Shown here: in pieces, positions 9,037 through 17,142 of the stretch
How the letters are laid out: every line of letters starts with the position of its first letter
Numbering within the stretch: position 1 is the first letter of the stretch
NCBI GenBank assembly: GCA_965202985.1
Contig: CBDBCF010000002.1
Coordinates: forward strand, 32,001-96,000
Reading direction: 5' to 3'
Length of the DNA stretch: 64,000 bases
Source of the DNA: Longimicrobiales bacterium
Lineage (GTDB): Bacteria > Gemmatimonadota > Gemmatimonadetes > Longimicrobiales > Gaopeijiaceae
The notes under the pieces: generated by a model
Databases searched by the model: none
Told to the model about the DNA's origin: nothing
What the model saw: only the letters and a program-made list of their open reading frames with translations
Made by a program: the position numbers and the translations under genes

Positions 9037-10671
9037 GTGCGATTCTTCAACACGACAGGTCCGGTGGTGGCGGCCGACCACTACCTAATCCCGCCCCTCG
9101 ACCGCGTGGACTTGGCCGAGCTCCGTCGGCTGATCGGGGAGAAGCGGTACTTCGTGCTCCATGCGCCCCGGCAGACGGGCAAGACCTCGGCGTTGCTGGC
9201 GCTGCAGAGCTTGCTGAACGACGAAGGCGACTACCGTTGCGTCTACGTGAACGTGGAGGCGGCGCAGGCGATGCGCGAGAACGTGCCGGCCGCGGCCGAG
9301 GTGATCCTGAGTCAATTGGCTCGCCGGGCAATGACCGGGGCGGGCGACGAGTTCCTGACTCGCGAGTGGCGGGGGATCCTCGACGAACACGGTGCCGGCG
9401 CAGTGGGAGAAGCCCTGGCCCAGTGGGCGGAGGCGTCCGACAAGCCGTTGGTGCTGCTGATCGACGAGATCGACGCCTTGGTGGGGGATTCGCTTCTGTC
9501 GGTGTTGCGGCAGTTGCGGGCGGGGTACGACATGCGTCCGGGCGGTTTTCCTCAGTGCGTGGTGCTGTGCGGGGTTCGGGACGTGCGGGACTACCGGATT
9601 CATTCGAGTTCGGCGAACACGCTGGTCGCGGGCGGGAGCGCGTTCAACGTCAAGGCGAAGTCTCTGCGGCTGGGCGACTTTTGTCGAGACGAGGTGCGGG
9701 CGCTGCTGCGTCAGCACACGGAGGAGACGGGCCGGGCGTTTTCGGAGGAAGCGTTGGAACGGGTGTGGACCGAGACTCGGGGCCAGCCGTGGCTGGTGAA
9801 CGCGCTGGCATACGCGATGTGCTTCGAGGGCGGGGATGGTGCGGGCCGTTCGCGGCGGGTCGAGGAGGCGGACGTTGTCGATGCGCGAGAGGCGTTGATC
9901 CGGCGTCGGGACACGCACTTGGACCAGTTGGCGGACAAGTTGCAGGAGGAGCGTGTGCGGCGGGTTGTGGAGCCGCTGCTGGCGGGTGGCGGGAAGACGA
10001 GGTTCGCGCCGCGCGACCTGGAGTACGCGCGGGACTTGGGGCTGGTGGCGAAGGACCTTCCGGTGCGCATCGCGAACCCGATCTACGGGGAGGTGGTGCC
10101 TCGGGAGCTGTCGTGGGAGCCGCAGGCGAACTTGGCGCAGGACCCGTCGTGGTACGTGAGCGAGTCGGGGGAGTTGGAGTTGGAGAAGTTGCTGGGGGCG
10201 TTCCAGGAGTTCTTCCGGGAGCATTCGGAGCACTGGGTGGAGCGGTTCCAGTACAAGGAGGCGGGGCCGCAGTTGCTGTTGCAGGCGTTCTTGCAGCGGG
10301 TGGTGAACAGCGGGGGTCGGATCGAGCGGGAGTACGGGCTGGGGCGGGGGCGGACGGACCTTCTGGTGCTGTGGCCGGCGGGCGGCGGTCGGTTAGGCGG
10401 GCGAGTCGGCCCGGCCGAGCGCGGGGACGGGGCTGGGCCAAGCCCCCGGATGCGGAGGTACGTCGTGGAGTGCAAGGTGCTGCGCGCGGGGCTGGAGCGG
10501 GCGGTGGCGGAGGGGGTGGAGCAGACGGCGGGCTACATGGACGGATGCGGGGCGGAGGCGGGGCACCTGGTGGTGTTCGACCGTCGGGAGGGGCGGAGCT
10601 GGGAAGAGAAGGTGTTCCGGCTGGACCGGACGGCCGAGAACGGAACCGAGATCGCCGTCTGGGGCATGTAG
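9037..10671 (+). CDS. AAA-like ATPase/PD-(D/E)xK nuclease, copy 2 (544 aa)
   Basis: GTG start preceded by AGGAGG overlapping the previous TAG; same motifs as copy 1. Confidence 0.85.
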   Translation: MRFFNTTGPVVAADHYLIPPLDRVDLAELRRLIGEKRYFVLHAPRQTGKTSALLALQSLLNDEGDYRCVYVNVEAAQAMRENVPAAAEVILSQLARRAMTGAGDEFLTREWRGILDEHGAGAVGEALAQWAEASDKPLVLLIDEIDALVGDSLLSVLRQLRAGYDMRPGGFPQCVVLCGVRDVRDYRIHSSSANTLVAGGSAFNVKAKSLRLGDFCRDEVRALLRQHTEETGRAFSEEALERVWTETRGQPWLVNALAYAMCFEGGDGAGRSRRVEEADVVDAREALIRRRDTHLDQLADKLQEERVRRVVEPLLAGGGKTRFAPRDLEYARDLGLVAKDLPVRIANPIYGEVVPRELSWEPQANLAQDPSWYVSESGELELEKLLGAFQEFFREHSEHWVERFQYKEAGPQLLLQAFLQRVVNSGGRIEREYGLGRGRTDLLVLWPAGGGRLGGRVGPAERGDGAGPSPRMRRYVVECKVLRAGLERAVAEGVEQTAGYMDGCGAEAGHLVVFDRREGRSWEEKVFRLDRTAENGTEIAVWGM

Positions 10672-10682
10672 GAGGCGGACCC

Positions 10683-12314
10683 GTGCGATTCTTCAACACG
10701 ACAGGTCCGGTGGTGGCGGCCGACCACTACCTAATCCCGCCCCTCGACCGCGTGGACTTGGCCGAGCTCCGTCGGCTGATCGGGGAGAAGCGGTACTTCG
10801 TGCTCCATGCGCCCCGGCAGACGGGCAAGACCTCGGCGTTGCTGGCGCTGCAGAGCTTGCTGAACGACGAAGGCGACTACCGTTGCGTCTACGTGAACGT
10901 GGAGGCGGCGCAGGCATTTCGGGACGACATGGAACAGGCCTTGCGCGCGGTGCTGGCCGGCCTCGCGTCCCGTGCCCGCCGACTGGGCGACGACTTCTTG
11001 GCGAAGCAGTGGATCGACATCTTCGCGGACTATGGCCCCGGCGCGCTGGGCGAGGCGTTGCTTCGGTGGGCGGAGGCGTCCGACAAGCCGTTGGTGCTGC
11101 TGATCGACGAGATCGACGCCTTGGTGGGGGATTCGCTTCTGTCGGTGTTGCGGCAGTTGCGGGCGGGGTACGACATGCGTCCGGGCGGTTTTCCTCAGTG
11201 CGTGGTGCTGTGCGGGGTTCGGGACGTGCGGGACTACCGGATTCATTCGAGTTCGGCGAACACGCTGGTCGCGGGCGGGAGCGCGTTCAACGTCAAGGCG
11301 AAGTCGCTGCGGCTGGGCGACTTTTGTCGAGACGAGGTGCGGGCGCTGCTGCGTCAGCACACGGAGGAGACGGGCCGGGCGTTTTCGGAGGAGGCGTTGG
11401 AACGGGTGTGGACCGAGACTCGGGGCCAGCCGTGGCTGGTGAACGCGCTGGCATACGCGATGTGCTTCGAGGGCGGGGATGGTGCGGGCCGTTCGCGGCG
11501 GGTCGAGGAGGCGGACGTTGTCGATGCGCGAGAGGCGTTGATCCGGCGTCGGGACACGCACTTGGACCAGTTGGCGGACAAGTTGCAGGAGGAGCGCGTG
11601 CGGCGGGTTGTGGAGCCGTTGCTGGCGGGTGGCGGGAAGACGAGGTTCGCGCCGCGCGACCTGGAGTACGCGCGGGACCTGGGGCTGGTGGCGAAGGACC
11701 TTCCGGTGCGCATCGCGAACCCGATCTACGGGGAGGTGGTGCCTCGGGAGCTGTCGTGGGAGCCGCAGGCGAATTTGGCGCAGGACCCGTCGTGGTATGT
11801 GAGCGAGTCGGGGGAGTTGGAGTTGGAGAAGTTGCTGGGGGCGTTCCAGGAGTTCTTCCGGGAGCATTCGGAGTACTGGGTGGAGCGGTTCCAGTACAAG
11901 GAGGCGGGGCCGCAGCTGCTGTTGCAGGCGTTCTTGCAGCGAGTGGTGAACAGCGGGGGTCGGATCGAACGGGAGTACGGGCTGGGGCGGGGGCGGACGG
12001 ACCTTCTGGTGCTGTGGCCGGCGGGCGGTGGTCGGGTAGGCGGGCGAGTCGGCCCGGCCGAGCGCGGGGGCGGGGCTGGGCCAAGCCCTCGGATGCGGAG
12101 GTACGTCGTGGAGTGCAAGGTGCTGCGCGCGGGGCTGGAGCGGGCGGTGGCGGAGGGGGTGGAGCAGACGGCGGGCTACATGGACGGATGCGGGGCGGAG
12201 GCGGGGCACCTGGTGGTGTTCGACCGTCGGGAGGGGCGGAGCTGGGAAGAGAAGGTGTTCCGGCTGGACCGGACGGCCGAGAACGGAACCGAGATCGCCG
12301 TCTGGGGCATGTAG
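10683..12314 (+). CDS. AAA-like ATPase/PD-(D/E)xK nuclease, copy 3 (543 aa)
   Basis: GTG start after the same taggaggcggaccc linker; same motifs. Confidence 0.85.
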   Translation: MRFFNTTGPVVAADHYLIPPLDRVDLAELRRLIGEKRYFVLHAPRQTGKTSALLALQSLLNDEGDYRCVYVNVEAAQAFRDDMEQALRAVLAGLASRARRLGDDFLAKQWIDIFADYGPGALGEALLRWAEASDKPLVLLIDEIDALVGDSLLSVLRQLRAGYDMRPGGFPQCVVLCGVRDVRDYRIHSSSANTLVAGGSAFNVKAKSLRLGDFCRDEVRALLRQHTEETGRAFSEEALERVWTETRGQPWLVNALAYAMCFEGGDGAGRSRRVEEADVVDAREALIRRRDTHLDQLADKLQEERVRRVVEPLLAGGGKTRFAPRDLEYARDLGLVAKDLPVRIANPIYGEVVPRELSWEPQANLAQDPSWYVSESGELELEKLLGAFQEFFREHSEYWVERFQYKEAGPQLLLQAFLQRVVNSGGRIEREYGLGRGRTDLLVLWPAGGGRVGGRVGPAERGGGAGPSPRMRRYVVECKVLRAGLERAVAEGVEQTAGYMDGCGAEAGHLVVFDRREGRSWEEKVFRLDRTAENGTEIAVWGM

Positions 12315-12336
12315 CGAGAAAGACCCGCGTCCCCCT

Positions 12337-13710
12337 TTATTCCTCCCCCTCCAGCACGCGCGCCGGGCGCAACGCTTCTCGTCCGAACCGATCTCGCACC
12401 TGATCGGCGGCCCGCGCGATCCGGCGGTCCCGGTCCGACTCCGGGCCGAACGGCTTGCCCGGCCGACGAGGCCCCCTGCCGTCCCGCGCCGTCGCACCGT
12501 CGTCGTCGAACAGCTCCATCTGCCGGCCCGCGGCTTGCCGCACCAGGTTGCCGACCGCCACGCCCAGCAGCCGCACGCCGGTTCGTCGGCGATGGCGGAG
12601 TTCGCGAAGCAGGGAAGCGGCCACCTCGAACAGCCCCCGGTCGGTCTCCATGCCTTCGGGCTGCGTGCTGCCCGCCTGGCGCGTGCGGAAGTCGTGGTCG
12701 CGAACCTTGACGGTCACGGTGCGCGCGCGCAGCTCCTTGGCGCGAAGCTGGGCGCCCACCGAGCAGCAGAGGGCGAGAAGACGGCGCTCCAGCTCGTCGT
12801 CGTTGCCGATGTCCTGGAAGAAGGTCCTCTCGGTGCTGATCGACTTGCGACGGTCGCGGGCGTCCACCTCGCTGGGGTCGATCCCGCGCACGCGCTCCCA
12901 CAGCCAGTGCCCCCGAGTCGACCCGAACCAGCGCAGCAGCCACTTGCGCTCCACGGCGGCCGCGCCGGCCACGGTGCGAAGCCCCTTCGCCTCCAGCTGT
13001 CGCAGGAACGCGGGGCCGATCCCAGGCAGGTCCTGGAGCCGGAAGCCGGCCATGAACGCGGCTTCGTCGCCGGGAGGCACCACGTGGACGCCGTTGGGCT
13101 TCGCCAAGCGGGTGGCCACCTTGGCCACGAGCCGTTGCGTGCCGCCTCCCACCGACACTTCGATCTCTGTGCGCTCCCGGACCGCTCGCCGGATGCGGTC
13201 CGCCGTGTCGGCCAGCGCTTCGCCGGCCAGCATCCGTTCGGTGCCCGTCAGGTCCAGATAGAACTCGTCGATCGACGCGGCCTGCACCACGGGGGACAGG
13301 TCCCCCAGCGCAGCCCGGACCGTGCGGCTCCGCTCCACGCACGCGCCTCGCGGAACAGGCACGACCACGGCGTCCGGGCAAAGCCGGCGCGCGCGGGCCG
13401 TGGGCATCCCGGAGCGGACGCCGAACTCGCGGGCGGCATACGACGCGGAGGTGATCACGCCTCGGTTGCTGCGCCCGCCCACCAGCAGCAGGGATTCCTT
13501 TCCGGCGCCGTCGGGGTCCTCCAAGCGGGCGACCTGGACGAAGAACATGTCGCAGTCCACCAACAGGATGCGCCGCAGCCCGCCCGCCGGCAAAGGCGAC
13601 TCCTTCGCCTCGGACCGGCCTGCGGACTGGCCCGCGGGTTGGCTTGCCGACTGGCCCCGGGGCCCCGACGACGCCCCGGCGTCTTGCCAAGTGACCCGGT
13701 TTCTCGACAA
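12337..13710 (-). CDS. dinB: DNA polymerase IV (Y-family)
   Basis: [52 protein letters not shown]; probable TTG start at 13710 after aaggggaggga. Confidence 0.92.
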   Translation of the reverse strand: MSRNRVTWQDAGASSGPRGQSASQPAGQSAGRSEAKESPLPAGGLRRILLVDCDMFFVQVARLEDPDGAGKESLLLVGGRSNRGVITSASYAAREFGVRSGMPTARARRLCPDAVVVPVPRGACVERSRTVRAALGDLSPVVQAASIDEFYLDLTGTERMLAGEALADTADRIRRAVRERTEIEVSVGGGTQRLVAKVATRLAKPNGVHVVPPGDEAAFMAGFRLQDLPGIGPAFLRQLEAKGLRTVAGAAAVERKWLLRWFGSTRGHWLWERVRGIDPSEVDARDRRKSISTERTFFQDIGNDDELERRLLALCCSVGAQLRAKELRARTVTVKVRDHDFRTRQAGSTQPEGMETDRGLFEVAASLLRELRHRRRTGVRLLGVAVGNLVRQAAGRQMELFDDDGATARDGRGPRRPGKPFGPESDRDRRIARAADQVRDRFGREALRPARVLEGEE

Positions 13711-13788
13711 TGTTCCCTCCCCTTGGGCGCGACGCCGCTCGCGAAGTCGGCCTCGCGCCGCCACTCACGTTACAAGGAGACCCAACAC

Positions 13789-14406
13789 ATGGCCTACCCG
13801 TTCCAGCTGCCCGACCTGGCGTACCCCGCCGACTCCCTGGAGCCGCACATCGACGCCCGCACCATGGAGATTCACCACGGAAAGCACCACGCCGCCTACA
13901 CCGCCAACCTGAATGCCGCTGTCAAGGAGCACCCGGCCCTCCACGACAAGCCCGCCTGCGAGTTGCTGTCGGACTTGTCCGCCGTGCCGGAGTCGATTCG
14001 CGCCGCCGTCCGCAACAACGGGGGCGGCTTCCTGAACCACGACTTCTTCTGGAAGCTCATGGCGCCCGGAGGCCCGAGCGCGCCGCAGGGAGACTTGGCG
14101 GCCGCCATCGACGATGCCTTTGGAAGCTTCGACGCCTTCAAGAGCCGCTTTGCGGCCGCCGCGGCCACCCGCTTCGGCTCGGGCTGGGCTTGGCTGGCCG
14201 CAGGCTCCGGCGGGGCGCTAGAGGTGCTGTCCACGCCCAACCAGGACACGCCGGTCATGGAGGGCAAGTCGCCCGTCGTGGGGATCGACGTGTGGGAGCA
14301 CGCCTACTACCTGAACTACCAGAACCGGCGTCCCGACTACGTCGCCGCGTTCTGGAACGTGATCAACTGGACGGTGGCCGGGGAGAACTACGCCCGGGCC
14401 GTCTAG
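13789..14406 (+). CDS. sodA: Superoxide dismutase, Fe/Mn family (Mn-type signatures)
   Basis: [58 protein letters not shown] aaggag. Confidence 0.95.
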   Translation: MAYPFQLPDLAYPADSLEPHIDARTMEIHHGKHHAAYTANLNAAVKEHPALHDKPACELLSDLSAVPESIRAAVRNNGGGFLNHDFFWKLMAPGGPSAPQGDLAAAIDDAFGSFDAFKSRFAAAAATRFGSGWAWLAAGSGGALEVLSTPNQDTPVMEGKSPVVGIDVWEHAYYLNYQNRRPDYVAAFWNVINWTVAGENYARAV

Positions 14407-14432
14407 CCCGCTCGGACCGCTGAACCTGTCCC

Positions 14433-15074
14433 ATGGACGATCTCGCCTTCGGGGTGATCGCGTTCACCTCGATGCTGGTGGTCTACAATCCGGTGAGCGC
14501 CATCCCCGTCTTCGTGGCCCTCACTATGGAGGATACGGACCACGAGCGCCGCGCCACCGCACTCTGGGGAGTGGTAACGTCGGTGCTGGTGCTCGTGGTC
14601 TTCGCCGCCGCGGGCACGTGGGTGCTGGTGTTCTTCGGCATCACGACCGAGGCGCTCCAGATCACGGCCGGCACGATCTTCTTCGGCATGGGCACCGACA
14701 TGCTGCAAGGCCGGCGCATCCGCACCAAGACCACGCGGCAGGAGCAGGACGAGTTCGCCGAGCGCGGCACCACGGCGATCATCCCCCTGGGGCTGCCGAC
14801 GCTGTCCGGTCCGGGCGCCATCGTGACCGCGATCACCCTGACGGGGCAGGCCGCCAACCCGGTGCAGACGGCGTCCGTTTACGTGGCGTTCGCGCTGGTC
14901 GGCGCCGTCACCTTTCCGCTGCTCGTGGTCGCGCCCGCCTTGCTGGGGGCGATGGGCCGAACGGGCCTCAACGTGGTGACCCGAATCATGGGGCTCATGA
15001 TCATGGTGGTGGGCGTGCAGTTCGTAATCACCGGCGTGGGAATCGCCGTGGGCTCTTGGGACTTCGGAAATTGA
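14433..15074 (+). CDS. MarC family inner membrane protein
   Basis: Multiple TM helices, NPVSAIPVF, IIPLGLPTLSGPGAI, TRIMGL. Confidence 0.88.
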   Translation: MDDLAFGVIAFTSMLVVYNPVSAIPVFVALTMEDTDHERRATALWGVVTSVLVLVVFAAAGTWVLVFFGITTEALQITAGTIFFGMGTDMLQGRRIRTKTTRQEQDEFAERGTTAIIPLGLPTLSGPGAIVTAITLTGQAANPVQTASVYVAFALVGAVTFPLLVVAPALLGAMGRTGLNVVTRIMGLMIMVVGVQFVITGVGIAVGSWDFGN

Positions 15075-15160
15075 AACTTGAAATCCGGTTGCCGTAAATG
15101 TATGTTTACGAAGTGATCGGCTGTCGCGAAACGACGAGCACTCGTGTCGGGGAGACGAGA

Positions 15161-16012
15161 ATGAGGGCGAACGGGCTTCGGACGGGGAACGGGCTTCGGA
15201 GCGAAGGGAGTCGGGCCATCGGACGTGTGGCCGCGGAGGGTTGGATGCGCGGCAGCCTGCTTCGAGCGGCGACGGTCTTGCTGGCGACGGGCTTGTCCAC
15301 GGCGCCGGCGGTGTTGGACGCGCAAAGCCTGCGGGGCAGCTCGAACGCCATGCGAAGGCAACACAACCAGGCCATCGCCCACGACTACACCTTCCTCCGG
15401 AACTCCTCCCACGTGATGCGCTTCGTGGAGCTGGGCCTCCTGGTCCGCCTGCCGGGGAACGACAACTACCAGCTTCACGCGGTGTCGTTTCCCTACGCCC
15501 GCCAAGAGGTCAAGACCTTCGTGGAGCGGCTGTCGTCCCAGTACCGGCGCGCCTGCGGCGAGGTGCTGACGGTGACCAGCCTGACCCGCCCCAAGAGCCG
15601 CCAGCCGCGCAACTCGTCAAGGCTCTCGGTGCACCCGACGGGGATGGCCGTCGATCTGCGCCGGCCCTACTCCCGGGCCTGTCGCGCGTGGCTGGAAGAC
15701 GTGCTGTTGCAGTTGGAGGCGGCAGGCACGCTGGAGGCGACCCGGGAGCGTCGGCCGCCTCACTACCACATCGCCCTGTACCCGAGTCCCTACAAGCGGT
15801 ACGTGGCGCAGCTGGAGGCTCGAAAGAGGACCCAGGTCGCCCAAGCCCCGCCGTCCGTGGTCCGCTACCGAGTTCGCAACGGCGATTCGCTCTGGGAGAT
15901 CGCCCGCGCCTACGGAACCACGGTGGCCCGGCTCCGCGAGGCCAACAAGCTGCGAGATTCGCGCATTTATCCGGGACAGAGGCTGCAGGTTCCGGTTGCT
16001 TCCTCCAGCTAG
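15161..16012 (+). CDS. Secreted M15/LAS-type Zn peptidase-like domain (DUF5715-like) with C-terminal LysM
   Basis: Signal peptide; SVHPTGMAVD (Hx6D) and HYH motifs; YRVRNGDSLWEIARAYGTTV..LREAN LysM; start uncertain (15161 or 15245). Confidence 0.8.
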   Translation: MRANGLRTGNGLRSEGSRAIGRVAAEGWMRGSLLRAATVLLATGLSTAPAVLDAQSLRGSSNAMRRQHNQAIAHDYTFLRNSSHVMRFVELGLLVRLPGNDNYQLHAVSFPYARQEVKTFVERLSSQYRRACGEVLTVTSLTRPKSRQPRNSSRLSVHPTGMAVDLRRPYSRACRAWLEDVLLQLEAAGTLEATRERRPPHYHIALYPSPYKRYVAQLEARKRTQVAQAPPSVVRYRVRNGDSLWEIARAYGTTVARLREANKLRDSRIYPGQRLQVPVASSS

Positions 16013-16014
16013 CG

Positions 16015-16036
16015 GGTCCGCCGCCGCCGGCGGACT
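16015..16036 (+). terminator. GC-rich hairpin after the LysM gene (possible terminator)
   Basis: gtccgccg-ccgc-cggcggac perfect 8-bp stem just after the stop; no strong U tract. Confidence 0.35.
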
Positions 16037-16055
16037 GCCTTCGGGCGTCGAGCGA

Positions 16056-16787
16056 TTGGTCATTTCGATCGTCGTTCCCGTCTACAACGAGATCGCGACG
16101 GTGGAGCGGATCCTGGGACGGGTGGCCCGGTTGCCGCTTGCCAAGGAGGTGATCGTCGTGGACGACGGCTCCACCGACGGAACGCGGGGCCTGCTGGTTG
16201 AGCTCGAGGAGCGGGGCTTGGTGGACCGCCTCCTCCTGCACGACCGGAACCGGGGCAAGGGAGCGTCCCTGCGGACCGGGCTGGAGCAGGCGACGGGAGA
16301 CGTGGTCGTCGTTCAGGATGCGGACTTGGAGTACGACCCCCGAGACTTGCCGGCGCTTCTGGTTCCCATCGCGCGGGGCGAAGCGGATGCCGTGTTCGGT
16401 TCCCGCTTTCCGCACCCCTTGTACCGGGAGCGACCGACGCTGCACCTCGTCGCGAACAAGTTCTTGACGATGGCGAGCAACCTGTTCACGGGGCTCGGTC
16501 TGACGGACATGGAGACGTGCTACAAGGTCGTGCGCGCCGATCTCCTTCGGACTTTGCCGCTTCGTGCGAACCGCTTCGGGATTGAGCCGGAGATTGCGAG
16601 CCGGCTGGCCCAGGCGGGGGCCAGGGTAAGGGAGTTGCCCATCAGCTACCGGCCCAGGGGCAAGGGTGCCGGCAAGAAGATCGGATGGAAGGACGGCGTG
16701 GCCGCGCTCTGGTACATCGTGGCCTCCAGCGTTCTGGGTCCCAAGGCCCCGCGCTGGCGCCCCGGGGGGGGGGGGGGGGGGGGGTAA
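16056..16787 (+). CDS. GT2 glycosyltransferase, DPM1/polyprenol-phosphate glycosyltransferase-like
   Basis: SIVVPVYNE, VVDDGSTDGT, NRGKGA, QDADLEYDP, TDMETCYK, FGIEPEI, GKKIGWKDG. Confidence 0.9.
   Translation: MVISIVVPVYNEIATVERILGRVARLPLAKEVIVVDDGSTDGTRGLLVELEERGLVDRLLLHDRNRGKGASLRTGLEQATGDVVVVQDADLEYDPRDLPALLVPIARGEADAVFGSRFPHPLYRERPTLHLVANKFLTMASNLFTGLGLTDMETCYKVVRADLLRTLPLRANRFGIEPEIASRLAQAGARVRELPISYRPRGKGAGKKIGWKDGVAALWYIVASSVLGPKAPRWRPGGGGGGG
16764..16784 (+). repeat. G21 homopolymer immediately before the GT2 stop codon
   Basis: 21 consecutive G then TAA. Confidence 0.9.
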
Positions 16788-17004
16788 ACGCAGGGCGCGA
16801 CCGAGGGGCAGGGCCGGAGGGGGACGTAGCCGCACCGGGCCGGGAGTGCCGAGGCGAGGCCGGTGCGCACGCGGGGGCGCAGTTCGCCGACATGGGGGTG
16901 CCGAGGGAGGCGCAAACCGGATCCGGCGCGTGTGGCCGCGCGCGGTCCGAAGCCCGAAAGGTGCGTGTTTCCTTGCTTTCGGCGTCGGCTCCGGAGGCCT
17001 GAAG

Positions 17005-17056
17005 AAAGTCAGGCCGATCCAGCTATCCAAACGCCCCAATTTCGGACCGACATTGC
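17005..17056 (+). promoter_or_regulatory. Putative regulatory motif, copy B, upstream of the TMTC-like/pilin operon
   Basis: aaagtcaggccgatcca-N7-aaacgccccaatttcggaccgacattgc, similar to 242-294. Confidence 0.5.
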
Positions 17057-17142
17057 TGTTCGTTGTCGAACTCGCTCCGGTCCGGCCCGCAAGGCGCGGG
17101 TAGCGGTCCGGGGCCGCCTCGCAGAGGAACGGCTCATGGGAC

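Larger units (their letters stand above)
7388..12314 (+). repeat. Three direct tandem repeats of about 1.64-1.65 kb, each one whole gene
   Basis: Long identical stretches among copies; identical 11-nt linker gaggcggaccc between copies. Confidence 0.95.

Noticed and set aside
7621..11083. Diversity-generating retroelement as the source of the variable segments
   Set aside because: Differences are not adenine-specific, include in-frame indels, and no reverse transcriptase or template repeat is in the window
7351..12314. 1106-aa and 1025-aa ORF calls suggesting long N-terminal extensions on copies 2 and 3
   Set aside because: The extensions are off-frame readings of the preceding copy; true starts are GTG at 9037 and 10683 with an AGGAGG ribosome-binding site
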